A stretch of DNA of 20,000 nt. It comes from an uncultured virus (IMG/VR IMGVR_UViG_3300020198_000011). Taxonomy: Duplodnaviria; Heunggongvirae; Uroviricota; Caudoviricetes. The notes beneath the pieces are model-generated. The model worked only from the letters and a program-made list of their open reading frames with translations. It did not search any database and had not been told where the DNA came from. Location of the stretch: the IMG/VR virus record IMGVR_UViG_3300020198_000011; one strand, given 5' to 3'. Positions 1 through 8,314 of the stretch are shown piece after piece. Every line of letters starts with the position of its first letter. Position 1 is the stretch's first letter. The position numbers and the translations under genes were made by a program.

Positions 1-1184
1 TCAACGAGGGCCGCGATGTCGGTATCGTCCGAGCCGAGATCTACCAGTTCGTCGACCTTGAAGTACGCGTTGGTATACGGGGCCTGCCAGTGCGGCTTGA
101 CGTCCCAGAGCACGCCGAAGAACTCTTCGAGGGCCTTGAAGTTCCCCAACGCGGCCGTGCTGTACTTGACACCCATGACACTGTATTTGAGGTACTCGTC
201 GAAGACCCGGTCGATGACCGCCGCATCGTCGCGCGAGGGACCCGGCTTGACCTGACCGTTCACGACCGGATCATCCGGCAATTGGGGCACCAGCTCCTGG
301 GGCAGGTAGGTCACGACCCGCTTGGTAGGATCCTGATTATCAACCCCGCCCTTCCACCACTCGGGATCCGACAGGTAGTCCATCACCCGAATATCCGAGA
401 CAAAGGTCGAAAGCGGCCGCAGGACCGAGCCGACCTCGACAGCCAGGGTGGCCCGCAGAGGGATGTCGTAGGTGTGCCCGTTGCGCGTCCTGACATGGTA
501 GTACTCGGCATCCCGAGTGATCTCGACGACCACGTCGGCCTCGCGACTGACCGGATAACCAGCCGCCAGTTGCAAGCCGGCGTTGAGCGCGTAGAGGATC
601 GGGCCATTCCCGAACAGGTAGAGCACACCCTTGATGAGCTGCCGATACTGCTCGCTGCTCGGGCGCACGATGCTGGTCAGGTACCCGAAGAGCTTGTAGA
701 GATCCTGCTCGTCGGTGTAGACCTTGGGCGCGAAGAACGTGATCTCCTTGGTCGTGCCCAAATCCCGAATCGGATAGTTCGCCCGCGCGAACGGATCGTC
801 CTCAAAGACCAGGTGGGTCCGATCCCGGGTGACTTCCAGACGATAGTCCGCGCCAGCCCGGGCAATGATCGTCGGCTCGTAGATGCGGTTGAACAGGAAG
901 GGAATCTCGACGTAGGGAGCCGGCAGCAGGTACCTGAACGCACCCCCCACCCCCTCATCGGCCCGGAAGGTTACCAGGTGCCAGAAGTCCTCGCGGAAAA
1001 TGGGCATGCTGTCGAGATAGGCCGGCGCGGCGACCCGCAGGACCTGAAAGTACAGCCGCTTGAGGATCTCGGCCTCGACGCCCAGCAACGAGCCCAGCGT
1101 CCTGGCGCCCCCGTAGAGCGTCGCCCACAGATCGCTGGTGAATTGCAGGAGGTAACGGCCGTCGCGCATCGTCTTCATGTCCAT
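1..1184 (-). CDS. Large hypothetical phage protein, possibly virion/baseplate structural; runs off the window edge (>390 aa)
   Basis: Absent from the ORF track because it has no stop in the window. Manual translation gives an open frame with strong GC3 bias: MDMKTMRDGRYLLQFTSDLWATLYGG...LYKLFGYLTSIVRPSSEQYRQLIKGVLYLFGNGP...DIRVMDYLSDPEWW. Start could be 1184 or 1178. Function is inference. Confidence 0.75.
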   Translation of the reverse strand, partial: MDMKTMRDGRYLLQFTSDLWATLYGGARTLGSLLGVEAEILKRLYFQVLRVAAPAYLDSMPIFREDFWHLVTFRADEGVGGAFRYLLPAPYVEIPFLFNRIYEPTIIARAGADYRLEVTRDRTHLVFEDDPFARANYPIRDLGTTKEITFFAPKVYTDEQDLYKLFGYLTSIVRPSSEQYRQLIKGVLYLFGNGPILYALNAGLQLAAGYPVSREADVVVEITRDAEYYHVRTRNGHTYDIPLRATLAVEVGSVLRPLSTFVSDIRVMDYLSDPEWWKGGVDNQDPTKRVVTYLPQELVPQLPDDPVVNGQVKPGPSRDDAAVIDRVFDEYLKYSVMGVKYSTAALGNFKALEEFFGVLWDVKPHWQAPYTNAYFKVDELVDLGSDDTDIAALV

Positions 1185-1208
1185 GATAGGACCCGGTTTT
1201 TAAAGCGG

Positions 1209-1249
1209 CCTATAATCCCAGCAGAGCCCTTGTCCCTACTCGCAAAGGA
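1209..1249 (+). promoter_or_regulatory. -10-like box (TATAAT 1211-1216) and RBS (AAAGGA 1244-1249) for the 707-aa gene
   Basis: CCTATAAT lies in the short AT-rich gap between divergent genes. No good -35 at canonical spacing. Confidence 0.5.
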
Positions 1250-1254
1250 ACCCC

Positions 1255-3378
1255 ATGCGCCTGCCGATGGACCCCAGCCAATGGTCAACGCTGATCATGC
1301 GCATGCTCATCGGCCGGTTCCCGACGCTCGAACCACACATCCAGCTCGTCAAGACGCTGGACCAGGACGAAGAGGGCAACGCCCACGGCATCGTGCCACT
1401 CGGAACGGGCGGGGCGCATATCCCCTTCGTGATACGTGACTTCGAAATCAAGCCGATGGACACCCTCATCGTCATCGAGAACGGCGAGGAGCGGTTTCGC
1501 AACCTCTCCGAGGCCAATGCCCTACTGGCCGTCGGGGGCATCGCTCTGGGAGATCCAGTCAAGAAGCTGCCGCCAGGCATCGTTTCCGATCAGGAGTTGC
1601 ACATGCTCGCACCGCGGTGGTCGACCTTCGGCCGACGCATCCCGCCCATGAACGTCCTGGGCACGACCCAGCCCATCAAGCTCGCAGCCGACCGCAAGCT
1701 GTCGGTCATCGCCTTCGAGGAGCTACTCAAGGCCGCCCGCGACATCGACCCAGGGCTGCCGGCCTACATCGCCGCGCAATACCGCGACATCCTGATGGGC
1801 CTGTCGCCCCGCAAGGAGGCTGGCCATGTGACGGTGCTCGATCCGCGCCCGGACGGCACCGCCGACCTGATCGAGGATGGCGCCAAACGGGCCAGCGTGC
1901 CCATCGGAGAGCTGGCCGCCGAGCTGCGGGGCCGACTGCCCAATGCCCAGGACCTGATCGCCAAGCTGGCCATGCGCGACGAGCTGGTGGTCCACGACGG
2001 TCGCACCGAAAAGACCGGGGCCTTCGGGTACGTCGTCAGGAACCATGACCCGGAAGTGGCCATCCGGGAGCCGGGCTGGCATCGCACCGGCGGCCGACTC
2101 GTTCGAACGCTGCGCACGCGCCACCTGTCAGGCGAGCCGGCCACCTACTGGCTGCAACTCGCCGAGGGCGCCCATGACTTCTCGCGCTACGCCTGCGGCG
2201 CCAAGGCACCTGCGGCCGACTCCGAGCGCCTGGGCGCGTTCTACGTACCCGCCGAGCTCAAGGGTGGCGAACTGGCCTTCCTGCTATGGCACAAGAGCGG
2301 CGAGGCCTCGGTGCCCTTCAAGGTCAAGGAGCGTCACGACTTCCCGGATGGCACCTGCAAACTCATCGTTCGGCCGCTCTTGGGTCCCAACGCCACCGAG
2401 ACCCTGGTCTTCGGAAACAACCAGCACGCCTACCGCCTGGGCCCCGGCGAAATCGCACTGCCGCGGAGCGGTGTCGGTGCCTTCAAACTGCCGCCCAGAA
2501 AGATCGGCGACCTGGCCACCGCGCCGAACGATCGTGTGCGCGTGCGGATCTTCAAGGGCGGAGGCACGTTCTCGGTGGTCGAGGACAAGCGACCGGCCAC
2601 CGAAGGCCTGACCAGAGGCATGCTCGTCGCCATGCTCATGCACCGCTACGGTCTCGATCCGGACACCGCCATCCGCTACAGCAGGATGGCCACCACCTTT
2701 CACGCCCCAGAACTCCACGTGGTGCCCCATGAAACCCCCCAGGATCCCGACCAGCCTGACGACCAGAAGCAGGCCGCCAAGCTGGCCGTGTTGCTCTGGG
2801 ATCTGACCAAGAAGGCCGACGGCTCGGCCACATTTCGCGAACTGGTCAAGCGCGCCCTGGCCGAAGCCAAGAAAACCCCCACCAAGCTCGACCCGACCAT
2901 TCCGGAAGCCGTTCTCTCGCTCTTGCAACTCAAGAAGGCCTACGCCGAAGACGACCGGCGCCACCCCTCGTCGGGCACCGCGCCCGTCGACCTGGATCCG
3001 GGGCGCAGCGGGCCCAACCGCAAGGAGAACGGTCCGGCGGGACCCTCGGGACCGGGGCCGGTCGCCATGGGGCCGATGGATCAGGGCGCGGCCATCCTGC
3101 CCGACATCCCGTTCATGCGCGAGGTCTCGGACACCCTGACGGGATTCGCCACCGGCTCCTTCACGCCCGCCGAGCTCTCGGAGATCTACCAGGGCCTGAC
3201 CCACAAGCTCCTGGACATCCAGGACCTGACCGGCCGCATCCTGACCCTCGCGCGACTGGGTAAGATAGACTTCGTCACCGAATCCGAGGCCAAGCGCATC
3301 CTCGATGAGGCCGACCGGTTCCGCGGGACATTACTCAACGCCGACATGCTACTCAAGGGCATGGCCTCGATCTCCTAG
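1255..3378 (+). CDS. 707-aa hypothetical phage protein, possibly head/inner-head protein with K-x-A motifs
   Basis: Long ORF with RBS and typical codon usage. Repeated KLA/KEA/KRA/KQA/KKA motifs. No catalytic motif recognised. Confidence 0.8.
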   Translation: MRLPMDPSQWSTLIMRMLIGRFPTLEPHIQLVKTLDQDEEGNAHGIVPLGTGGAHIPFVIRDFEIKPMDTLIVIENGEERFRNLSEANALLAVGGIALGDPVKKLPPGIVSDQELHMLAPRWSTFGRRIPPMNVLGTTQPIKLAADRKLSVIAFEELLKAARDIDPGLPAYIAAQYRDILMGLSPRKEAGHVTVLDPRPDGTADLIEDGAKRASVPIGELAAELRGRLPNAQDLIAKLAMRDELVVHDGRTEKTGAFGYVVRNHDPEVAIREPGWHRTGGRLVRTLRTRHLSGEPATYWLQLAEGAHDFSRYACGAKAPAADSERLGAFYVPAELKGGELAFLLWHKSGEASVPFKVKERHDFPDGTCKLIVRPLLGPNATETLVFGNNQHAYRLGPGEIALPRSGVGAFKLPPRKIGDLATAPNDRVRVRIFKGGGTFSVVEDKRPATEGLTRGMLVAMLMHRYGLDPDTAIRYSRMATTFHAPELHVVPHETPQDPDQPDDQKQAAKLAVLLWDLTKKADGSATFRELVKRALAEAKKTPTKLDPTIPEAVLSLLQLKKAYAEDDRRHPSSGTAPVDLDPGRSGPNRKENGPAGPSGPGPVAMGPMDQGAAILPDIPFMREVSDTLTGFATGSFTPAELSEIYQGLTHKLLDIQDLTGRILTLARLGKIDFVTESEAKRILDEADRFRGTLLNADMLLKGMASIS

Positions 3379-3389
3379 AGCGTCCGGAC

Positions 3390-3845
3390 ATGCTGATGCT
3401 GCCGCCGCGTGTCTGGCGAGATCCGGACATCCGGGAGCACACTGAAATGTTCGACCTGTTGAACCTGGCCGACCTGGCCAGATACAATAGCCTCCTGGCC
3501 GAGAACCGACGCACCATCCGCATCCTCTCGGAGAAGCCCTGGCCCAAGGCCGGCGAGGCCGCCACGGAATTCACCAGCGGCACCGACGACGCCTACTACC
3601 TGATCGTGCGCTACGAACGACGCCCCGACAGCCCCTACCTGCCACAGCTCGGCCCGGATGCCACGCAGACCTTCGACGCCGACTTCTCGGAGATACCAAT
3701 AGTCCCACCGGAAGCGGAAATCGAGCCCCCGGAACCCGGAGACGTCACCATCGACATCAGTGCCGCCCAGCGGCGACCTAAAAAAAAGACGCCGCGCAAA
3801 ACAACCAGCAAGCCGACCAGCCGCAAACGGGTCAAGCCGCAGTAG
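3390..3845 (+). CDS. Hypothetical protein with basic Lys/Arg-rich C-terminal tail
   Basis: 11 nt after the previous stop, same strand. Tail RRPKKKTPRKTTSKPTSRKRVKPQ. Confidence 0.7.
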   Translation: MLMLPPRVWRDPDIREHTEMFDLLNLADLARYNSLLAENRRTIRILSEKPWPKAGEAATEFTSGTDDAYYLIVRYERRPDSPYLPQLGPDATQTFDADFSEIPIVPPEAEIEPPEPGDVTIDISAAQRRPKKKTPRKTTSKPTSRKRVKPQ

Positions 3846-3851
3846 TTCGGC

Positions 3852-4640
3852 ATGATCCGCTTGCGCTCGCCGCGCTGGCGCTGGAATACCATCGCCACGC
3901 TCTGCGGCGGTGCGCCATTCCGGGATGGCCTGACCATTCCTGCCAGGCCGGACAAACTGGCCGAGGATCTCAAGAGCCAGATCCTGGGACGCGGCAGGCC
4001 GGACCGCGGAATGTCGCGAGCATACCAGATCTATCGCTCGGACAGCGCCCGCACCATTTGGGACTCCATGCTCTTCGCGCTGTGCAAGGCAGGCCAGGAA
4101 CCAGACTGGGCGACCTGCGGGCAAGTCCTTCACGAGAGTCAGGATCTGGTGCGGCTATACAGCCAGTTGTTCTTCGACGTGACGGTCTTCGCCGCCGAAA
4201 CCGACAAGCTGGTATTCCTGGACCAGTACGTCCGGCTCGATCATCGGGCGGCGCTGATCATGCGCAACACCATGGGCCTCGATCGCGACGGTCTGATGCA
4301 TGCGGCCGACATGTCCCGGGCAGAGCGCATCGATCCCAAGACAGCGCTCGAAGAGGGCCTGACGACCTACTACAAGCTGGCTCGGATCTTCGGGCCGCTG
4401 GCCATCGCCTTCGAGGCCCGGATCGCCGAGGACCCGGCGAGTCGTGAAAGGTTCGAATGGATTTTCAAGCAGTACAACATGTCGACCAGCCGCATGAAAG
4501 AATTCGCCCACGAACTGCTGGCCTTCGAGCTCGACAAGAGCGCCGAGAACTTCCTGGAAGAGTTCGTGATGCGCCTTGAGAAAGTCGACAACGACCAGTT
4601 GATAGTCGACAAGAATGCCGACGGCCAGGAACTCGTCTAA
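3852..4640 (+). CDS. Hypothetical helical phage protein (262 aa)
   Basis: 6 nt after the previous stop, good codon bias. Motifs RSPRWRW and LYSQLFFDV. Confidence 0.75.
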   Translation: MIRLRSPRWRWNTIATLCGGAPFRDGLTIPARPDKLAEDLKSQILGRGRPDRGMSRAYQIYRSDSARTIWDSMLFALCKAGQEPDWATCGQVLHESQDLVRLYSQLFFDVTVFAAETDKLVFLDQYVRLDHRAALIMRNTMGLDRDGLMHAADMSRAERIDPKTALEEGLTTYYKLARIFGPLAIAFEARIAEDPASRERFEWIFKQYNMSTSRMKEFAHELLAFELDKSAENFLEEFVMRLEKVDNDQLIVDKNADGQELV

Positions 4641-4894
4641 TGGCTAGCATTGCGCTTGCGGTCGGGCTTCTCTTCGGGCATGGCGGGCATCGGATCGGGG
4701 ATGGGTAGCACCACCCCGTCGACCCTGGGCCGGGTAGGCCGAAGCATGATCGTGCCGTCGTCTAGCAGCTCGACCAAAAAGGAATCACCCAGCTTGGCGC
4801 CGATCAACCGCACGTACTCGTTTGGCAGCGTCACGGCCGAACTGCGGCCATTCCGGACCAACGGTCGCTCTACGATAAGTACCGGTTTCGCCAT
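4637..4894 (-). CDS. AbrB/MazE/SpoVT-family DNA-binding protein (85 aa)
   Basis: RPLVRNGRSSAVTLPNEYVRLIGAKLGDSFLVELLDDGTIMLRP matches the swapped-hairpin AbrB pattern. Start placed at ATG 4894. Confidence 0.8.
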   Translation of the reverse strand: MAKPVLIVERPLVRNGRSSAVTLPNEYVRLIGAKLGDSFLVELLDDGTIMLRPTRPRVDGVVLPIPDPMPAMPEEKPDRKRNASH

Positions 4895-4945
4895 GACTGC
4901 CAACTGCCATCCCATAAACAAGCTCGTATTTGTCCTAACGGCCAA

Positions 4946-4974
4946 AGTCTGACACAAGCTTGCGTTGGTTGCAA
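4946..4974 (-). promoter_or_regulatory. Putative sigma70-type promoter for the AbrB-like gene
   Basis: Minus strand TTGCAA-17 nt-CAGACT with an extended TG. Confidence 0.45.
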
Positions 4975-5034
4975 GGCGTTTCATCCGGTTCCATCCGAAG
5001 AAGAAGGGAAAAAAGTGTGAAGAATATCCAAAGG

Positions 5035-5063
5035 TTGTCCGGTAGGACCACCGCGGGTATAAT
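5035..5063 (+). promoter_or_regulatory. sigma70-type promoter, probably giving a leaderless HU mRNA
   Basis: TTGTCC (5035-5040), 17 nt, TATAAT (5058-5063), 7 nt, ATG 5071. No SD sequence. Confidence 0.7.
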
Positions 5064-5070
5064 CCAAGTT

Positions 5071-5382
5071 ATGCCGACCAAGCGCTTCCTGGGGGAGATG
5101 GTCAAAGAAGTCTCCATTCGTACTGGCATCAGCCGCCAAGACGTCAGGTACGTCATAGAAGCCTTTATCGAGGCCATCAGGGAGTCAATAGGCGCCGGAA
5201 AGATGGTCGCCATCAATCACTTCGGCGTCTTTTCTCGCCAGCACCGCCGCGAAGTCCACCGGAAACTCAAGGCGCAGACGGCCCTGACCCCCTACACCCC
5301 CGCCCGAGACTACCCGGTCTTCCGGGCCGCCAAGGCGTGGAGGCAGGAGGTCAGGAAACCGTTGCGACCCGACGGCCCCTAA
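5071..5382 (+). CDS. hup: HU/IHF-family histone-like DNA-binding protein (103 aa)
   Basis: EMVKEVSIRTGISRQDVRYVIEAFIEAIRESIGAGKMVAINHFGVF...TPARDYPVFRAAKAWRQEV fits the HU fold pattern. Confidence 0.85.
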   Translation: MPTKRFLGEMVKEVSIRTGISRQDVRYVIEAFIEAIRESIGAGKMVAINHFGVFSRQHRREVHRKLKAQTALTPYTPARDYPVFRAAKAWRQEVRKPLRPDGP

Positions 5383-5523
5383 CAGGGCGCCGCCCCCTCG
5401 GCGAGCAGCGCACTGCGCAGCGTCTCAGCGCTCGCCTCGTCGACGGCCCTTCCGACAATCTCGACACTCTCCGGATCGGGCGCATGGATCAGGGCGCAAA
5501 GCCGCACAATCTTCGGTCATGAC

Positions 5524-5566
5524 CCGGTTGCGCGGCAAGCCCCGGCATTCATGCCGGGGAAGGATA
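5524..5566 (+). mobile_element. Solo left end (LE) of the IS200/IS605 element
   Basis: 43 bp identical to 9249-9291, including the CAAG guide and the CCCCGGCAT-TC-ATGCCGGGG hairpin. Preceded by TGAC (5520-5523). Confidence 0.85.
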
Positions 5567-5616
5567 ACCTCTTTCTCGGGCACTGTACCCGCAACGCCCT
5601 GGGGGTTTTCCCCGGA

Positions 5617-5921
5617 GCGATGCGGACACGGGGCGAGGCCCCGTGCCGGGTAGGAGTGCTAGCGGGCGGCGACCTCGACGACCCGGACCCGGATGCCATC
5701 GCATCCGTTCAGGTGGTCGACCATCGCCGGGTCCATCCGCAGGATCGCCCTGGCTTGGGCCGCGTGCCGGCCGTCCTGGGCGTGGACCTCTCGGCATCCC
5801 CCGCCTACCTGGGGGATCCGGATGATCAGGGTGCTGCCGTCCATTTTCTTCTCTCCCTCTTTAGGCGATGCGGGCACAGGGCGAGGCCCCGTGCCGGATA
5901 GTGGTGCTAGCGGGCGGCGAC
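5617..5921. repeat. 57-bp direct repeat, copies at 5617-5673 and 5865-5921 (about 5 mismatches)
   Basis: gcgatgcggRcacRgggcgaggccccgtgccggRtagKRgtgctagcgggcggcgac. Each copy contains the last codons (VAAR-TAG) of a minus-strand gene plus a GC hairpin. Confidence 0.9.
5659..5844 (-). CDS. Small hypothetical protein (61 aa) ending VAAR
   Basis: ATG 5844 after purine-rich AGGGAGAGAAGAAA. MDGSTLIIRIPQVGGG...RVRVVEVAAR. Confidence 0.65.
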   Translation of the reverse strand: MDGSTLIIRIPQVGGGCREVHAQDGRHAAQARAILRMDPAMVDHLNGCDGIRVRVVEVAAR

Positions 5922-6488
5922 GTAGAGCCACGCCAGCGAGGGGTCGTCGTTGTCCGGCGCCCAGGAGACCTGGACGTCGGTGTCGGCCAAGGCAGCCTCG
6001 ATCTCCCGCGCCGTCGTGACCAGAACGGCCGACCGGCTGACGCGACCGTCGCGGGTGTCGGGGTCGGGGCCGAAGTCGATATCATAATCCCGGGCTACCC
6101 GGTCGATCGCCCGGTTCGTCTCGTTCACGACGGCGCAGTCGTCGCAGTACGACCGACCGCTTTCGCGGGGGTCGGCAACGATGCCGCCCTGGGCGGGGAA
6201 GTCGCCGGCCCAGCCCTCGACGCCACACCGGGCGCAGCAGGCCGTCGTGGTTGAGAGAACTTCGCGGCCGTCGATCACGACGGTTACGCTGTCGTTACCG
6301 GCGGCCTCGACCTCGACCACGCTGAGGTCGGCGAGGAATACCTCCTCGCTCTGGCCCAGTATCCCCGCCGCCTCGGCGACCGATGCGTAGCCCGCGTCCC
6401 GGACGTAGGCCAAAACGGCCGCCGCCGCGGTTTCGGCCTCGTAAGGGCCCATTGAGATGCCGTTGACGGAAATCGTGTAAATGCTCAT
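5907..6488 (-). CDS. Hypothetical protein with Zn-ribbon (CARC...CDDC), 193 aa, ending VAAR
   Basis: ATG 6488 overlaps the upstream TGA (ATGA). MSIYTISVNGISMGPYEAET... Confidence 0.75.
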   Translation of the reverse strand: MSIYTISVNGISMGPYEAETAAAAVLAYVRDAGYASVAEAAGILGQSEEVFLADLSVVEVEAAGNDSVTVVIDGREVLSTTTACCARCGVEGWAGDFPAQGGIVADPRESGRSYCDDCAVVNETNRAIDRVARDYDIDFGPDPDTRDGRVSRSAVLVTTAREIEAALADTDVQVSWAPDNDDPSLAWLYVAAR

Positions 6489-7009
6489 CTTCTTTCCTTG
6501 GCGTAGATGTCCTTCCGGAAGTCTATGTCGTGGAGCACCGGCAACTTTTCCCGATCCAGGTCGAACAGGATGCGCACCTTGCCGGCCCTGGCCTTCCAGC
6601 AAGGCTTCCCGATCCCGGACGCATCGGCGGGCATCCAGTCGGCCATCCCGACCGGATCGCGCATGACCCGCATCATCACGTCGAGTACACGTCGCTTGTG
6701 GGTCTTGTCGATCAGGTACCTGTGCGCTCCTTTCAGTGAGGCCATGAGCCAGTACACGCACACCTCTGGCCTAACGGCCCTGAGATCGTCGTTTTCGGCG
6801 AAATCGGCAAAATGCTTGAGCAGATCGTAGCGCAGGTCGCGATCGCGCTCGCGTTCGACCAGGTCGAGCAGTTGCTCGACGGCGGCCTTCCAGGCATAGG
6901 CCTCGCCGGCACGAATCAGGCGCTTGAAGGCGACGCCGCAGTCGAACTCGGCGCCAAGACAAAGTTGGTGATCGGGATCCTCCGACGCCTTTTCGATCAG
7001 AGCCGCCAG
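6485..7009 (-). CDS. RelE/ParE-like toxin domain with N-terminal helical extension; probable CTG start (174 aa)
   Basis: C-terminus WKARAGKVRILFDLDREKLPVLHDIDFRKDIY resembles the RelE pattern. The frame stays open and codon-biased upstream of GTG 6763. GGAGG lies 8 nt before CTG 7009. Confidence 0.6.
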   Translation of the reverse strand: MAALIEKASEDPDHQLCLGAEFDCGVAFKRLIRAGEAYAWKAAVEQLLDLVERERDRDLRYDLLKHFADFAENDDLRAVRPEVCVYWLMASLKGAHRYLIDKTHKRRVLDVMMRVMRDPVGMADWMPADASGIGKPCWKARAGKVRILFDLDREKLPVLHDIDFRKDIYAKERR

Positions 7010-7031
7010 GGGTAACGCCTCCCCGGGTGGC

Positions 7032-7601
7032 TCACCGCCCCAAAAGAGCGGCTTTCTCCTTTAGGTTGTCCGGTATCTTGATCGTCTTGAGATCGGGCGC
7101 CGCACGCCGCAGCTGATCTTCAAGGCTGGTGATGCGACTCTGGGCGGCCGTCAATTCCAATTGGGCCGCCTCCAGCAGGCTCTGGGTCTCCTGCCATGAC
7201 GACATGGCATTGTCGAGGTCGGCCTCCAGCTGGATAGCCCGGCGCTGCTCGGCCAAGGCCTTCTCGATGGCGAAGTCGAGCAGATTGAGAACCTCGTCAC
7301 CCTCGGGCCCGGCCGCATTCACCCGGGGTTCATTCGGCACCTCGGGAATCGACGGCAACGACGGGGCGGGCGCCCGGCGCGGCCGCGCCGGGCGCGGTGG
7401 GGTCGGCGCCACGTGAGCCGCCCCCACGACCTGCGGCTTGCGGGCATCCTTGACGCATTGCTTGCACCAGGCCTGATACCCAGTCGCGGTATGACGGCCC
7501 TTCGAGAAAAGCGAATCGGCCTCTTCCGTGCCATGGGCCACCCTGCCGCACCTGGCACACGTCGCGGTCGCTTGTCTAACGGTACTGGCCTTTGTTACCA
7601 T
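7032..7601 (-). CDS. Zn-finger (CxxC...WCKQC), Pro-rich linker and coiled-coil protein
   Basis: CARCG...LFSKGRHTATGYQAWCKQC is a phage N-terminal Zn domain pattern also seen on HNH/EndoVII proteins. Heptad-like C-terminal half. GGAGG upstream. Confidence 0.75.
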   Translation of the reverse strand: MVTKASTVRQATATCARCGRVAHGTEEADSLFSKGRHTATGYQAWCKQCVKDARKPQVVGAAHVAPTPPRPARPRRAPAPSLPSIPEVPNEPRVNAAGPEGDEVLNLLDFAIEKALAEQRRAIQLEADLDNAMSSWQETQSLLEAAQLELTAAQSRITSLEDQLRRAAPDLKTIKIPDNLKEKAALLGR

Positions 7602-7870
7602 GGTCCTGTTTCAACCTCCCAGGCTGGAACGCCCCCTTTTACGATCGCTCGCCAGTCACCGGCCTTCGGGCCGACCGACCGACGAACGACACCGGAAAGG
7701 GAAAGCAAGGCACGGATCTCGCCTGCCAACGGGCAGGGCACCCGGGTCGATTCGTGACCTACCGGGGCCACGTTGGTCCCATCAGGCTCCTGGTTCCTCG
7801 GGGGCCTGTTTCTTTGTGTGTGTCCGGTACATCCGCTTGGCGTTCGTGCATAACCCGCGAATCGACAAAG

Positions 7871-8314
7871 CTAACTATCGCCGAGTTTGTCGTTGCTGTC
7901 AACCTCGAAACCAAGCTGGCAGGACTTCCGATACCCCGATACGTGGTCGTACCGCCCGGTTTGGGTAATTTGCAGGTTTTCGCAACTGCGACACGGCGCC
8001 CGGCATCGCCAGGCCGCGAAAATGGTTTCAGGGACCGAAAAGGGGGCCTGCCGCATGTCTCGCGACCGATACCCGGAGCAACGTGCCATTGCTTCGGCCT
8101 CGCGGCAATTTCCACATGGCTCGATCGCGGTGGGGGCCACGGGCTTGCCACAGCGCACACATGGCCGCAAGGAATCCTGCCAGAGCTTTTCGATCTCCCG
8201 ACGGCAGCGCGCGCAGGATTTATCCAGCCCCTCGATGCGCTGGCGCTCGCAGCGCCGGCAAATCCCCTGGGCCTTCAAGCGCGCCAGCCGCTCGGTGCTG
8301 GTCTCGTAGGGCAT
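7871..8314 (-). CDS. Cys-rich multi-CxxC protein (147 aa)
   Basis: CRRC, CARC, CVRC, CGNC, CRSC. ATG 8314 overlaps the upstream TGA, with GGAGG upstream. Confidence 0.7.
   Translation of the reverse strand: MPYETSTERLARLKAQGICRRCERQRIEGLDKSCARCRREIEKLWQDSLRPCVRCGKPVAPTAIEPCGNCREAEAMARCSGYRSRDMRQAPFSVPETIFAAWRCRAPCRSCENLQITQTGRYDHVSGYRKSCQLGFEVDSNDKLGDS

Noticed and set aside
90..1439. 449-aa plus-strand ORF
   Set aside because: Antisense shadow of the codon-biased minus-strand gene 1-1184, and it overlaps the real 1255 gene.
2284..4133. Long minus-strand ORFs (306 aa, 252 aa) and other overlapping frames
   Set aside because: Shadow ORFs typical of high-GC DNA, opposite well-supported plus-strand genes.
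5617..5921. Integron attC sites
   Set aside because: No RYYYAAC/GTTRRRY ends, and the integrase is P4-like rather than IntI-like.
6489..6761. N-terminal extension of the 284-aa ORF 5907-6761
   Set aside because: It overlaps the RelE-like gene in another frame. The ATGA-coupled start at 6488 is more plausible.
7602..7870. Plus-strand terminator-like hairpin (7783-7815) and a possible 48-58 aa minus-strand ORF
   Set aside because: The stem is imperfect and the ORF has no convincing RBS or start, so support is insufficient.
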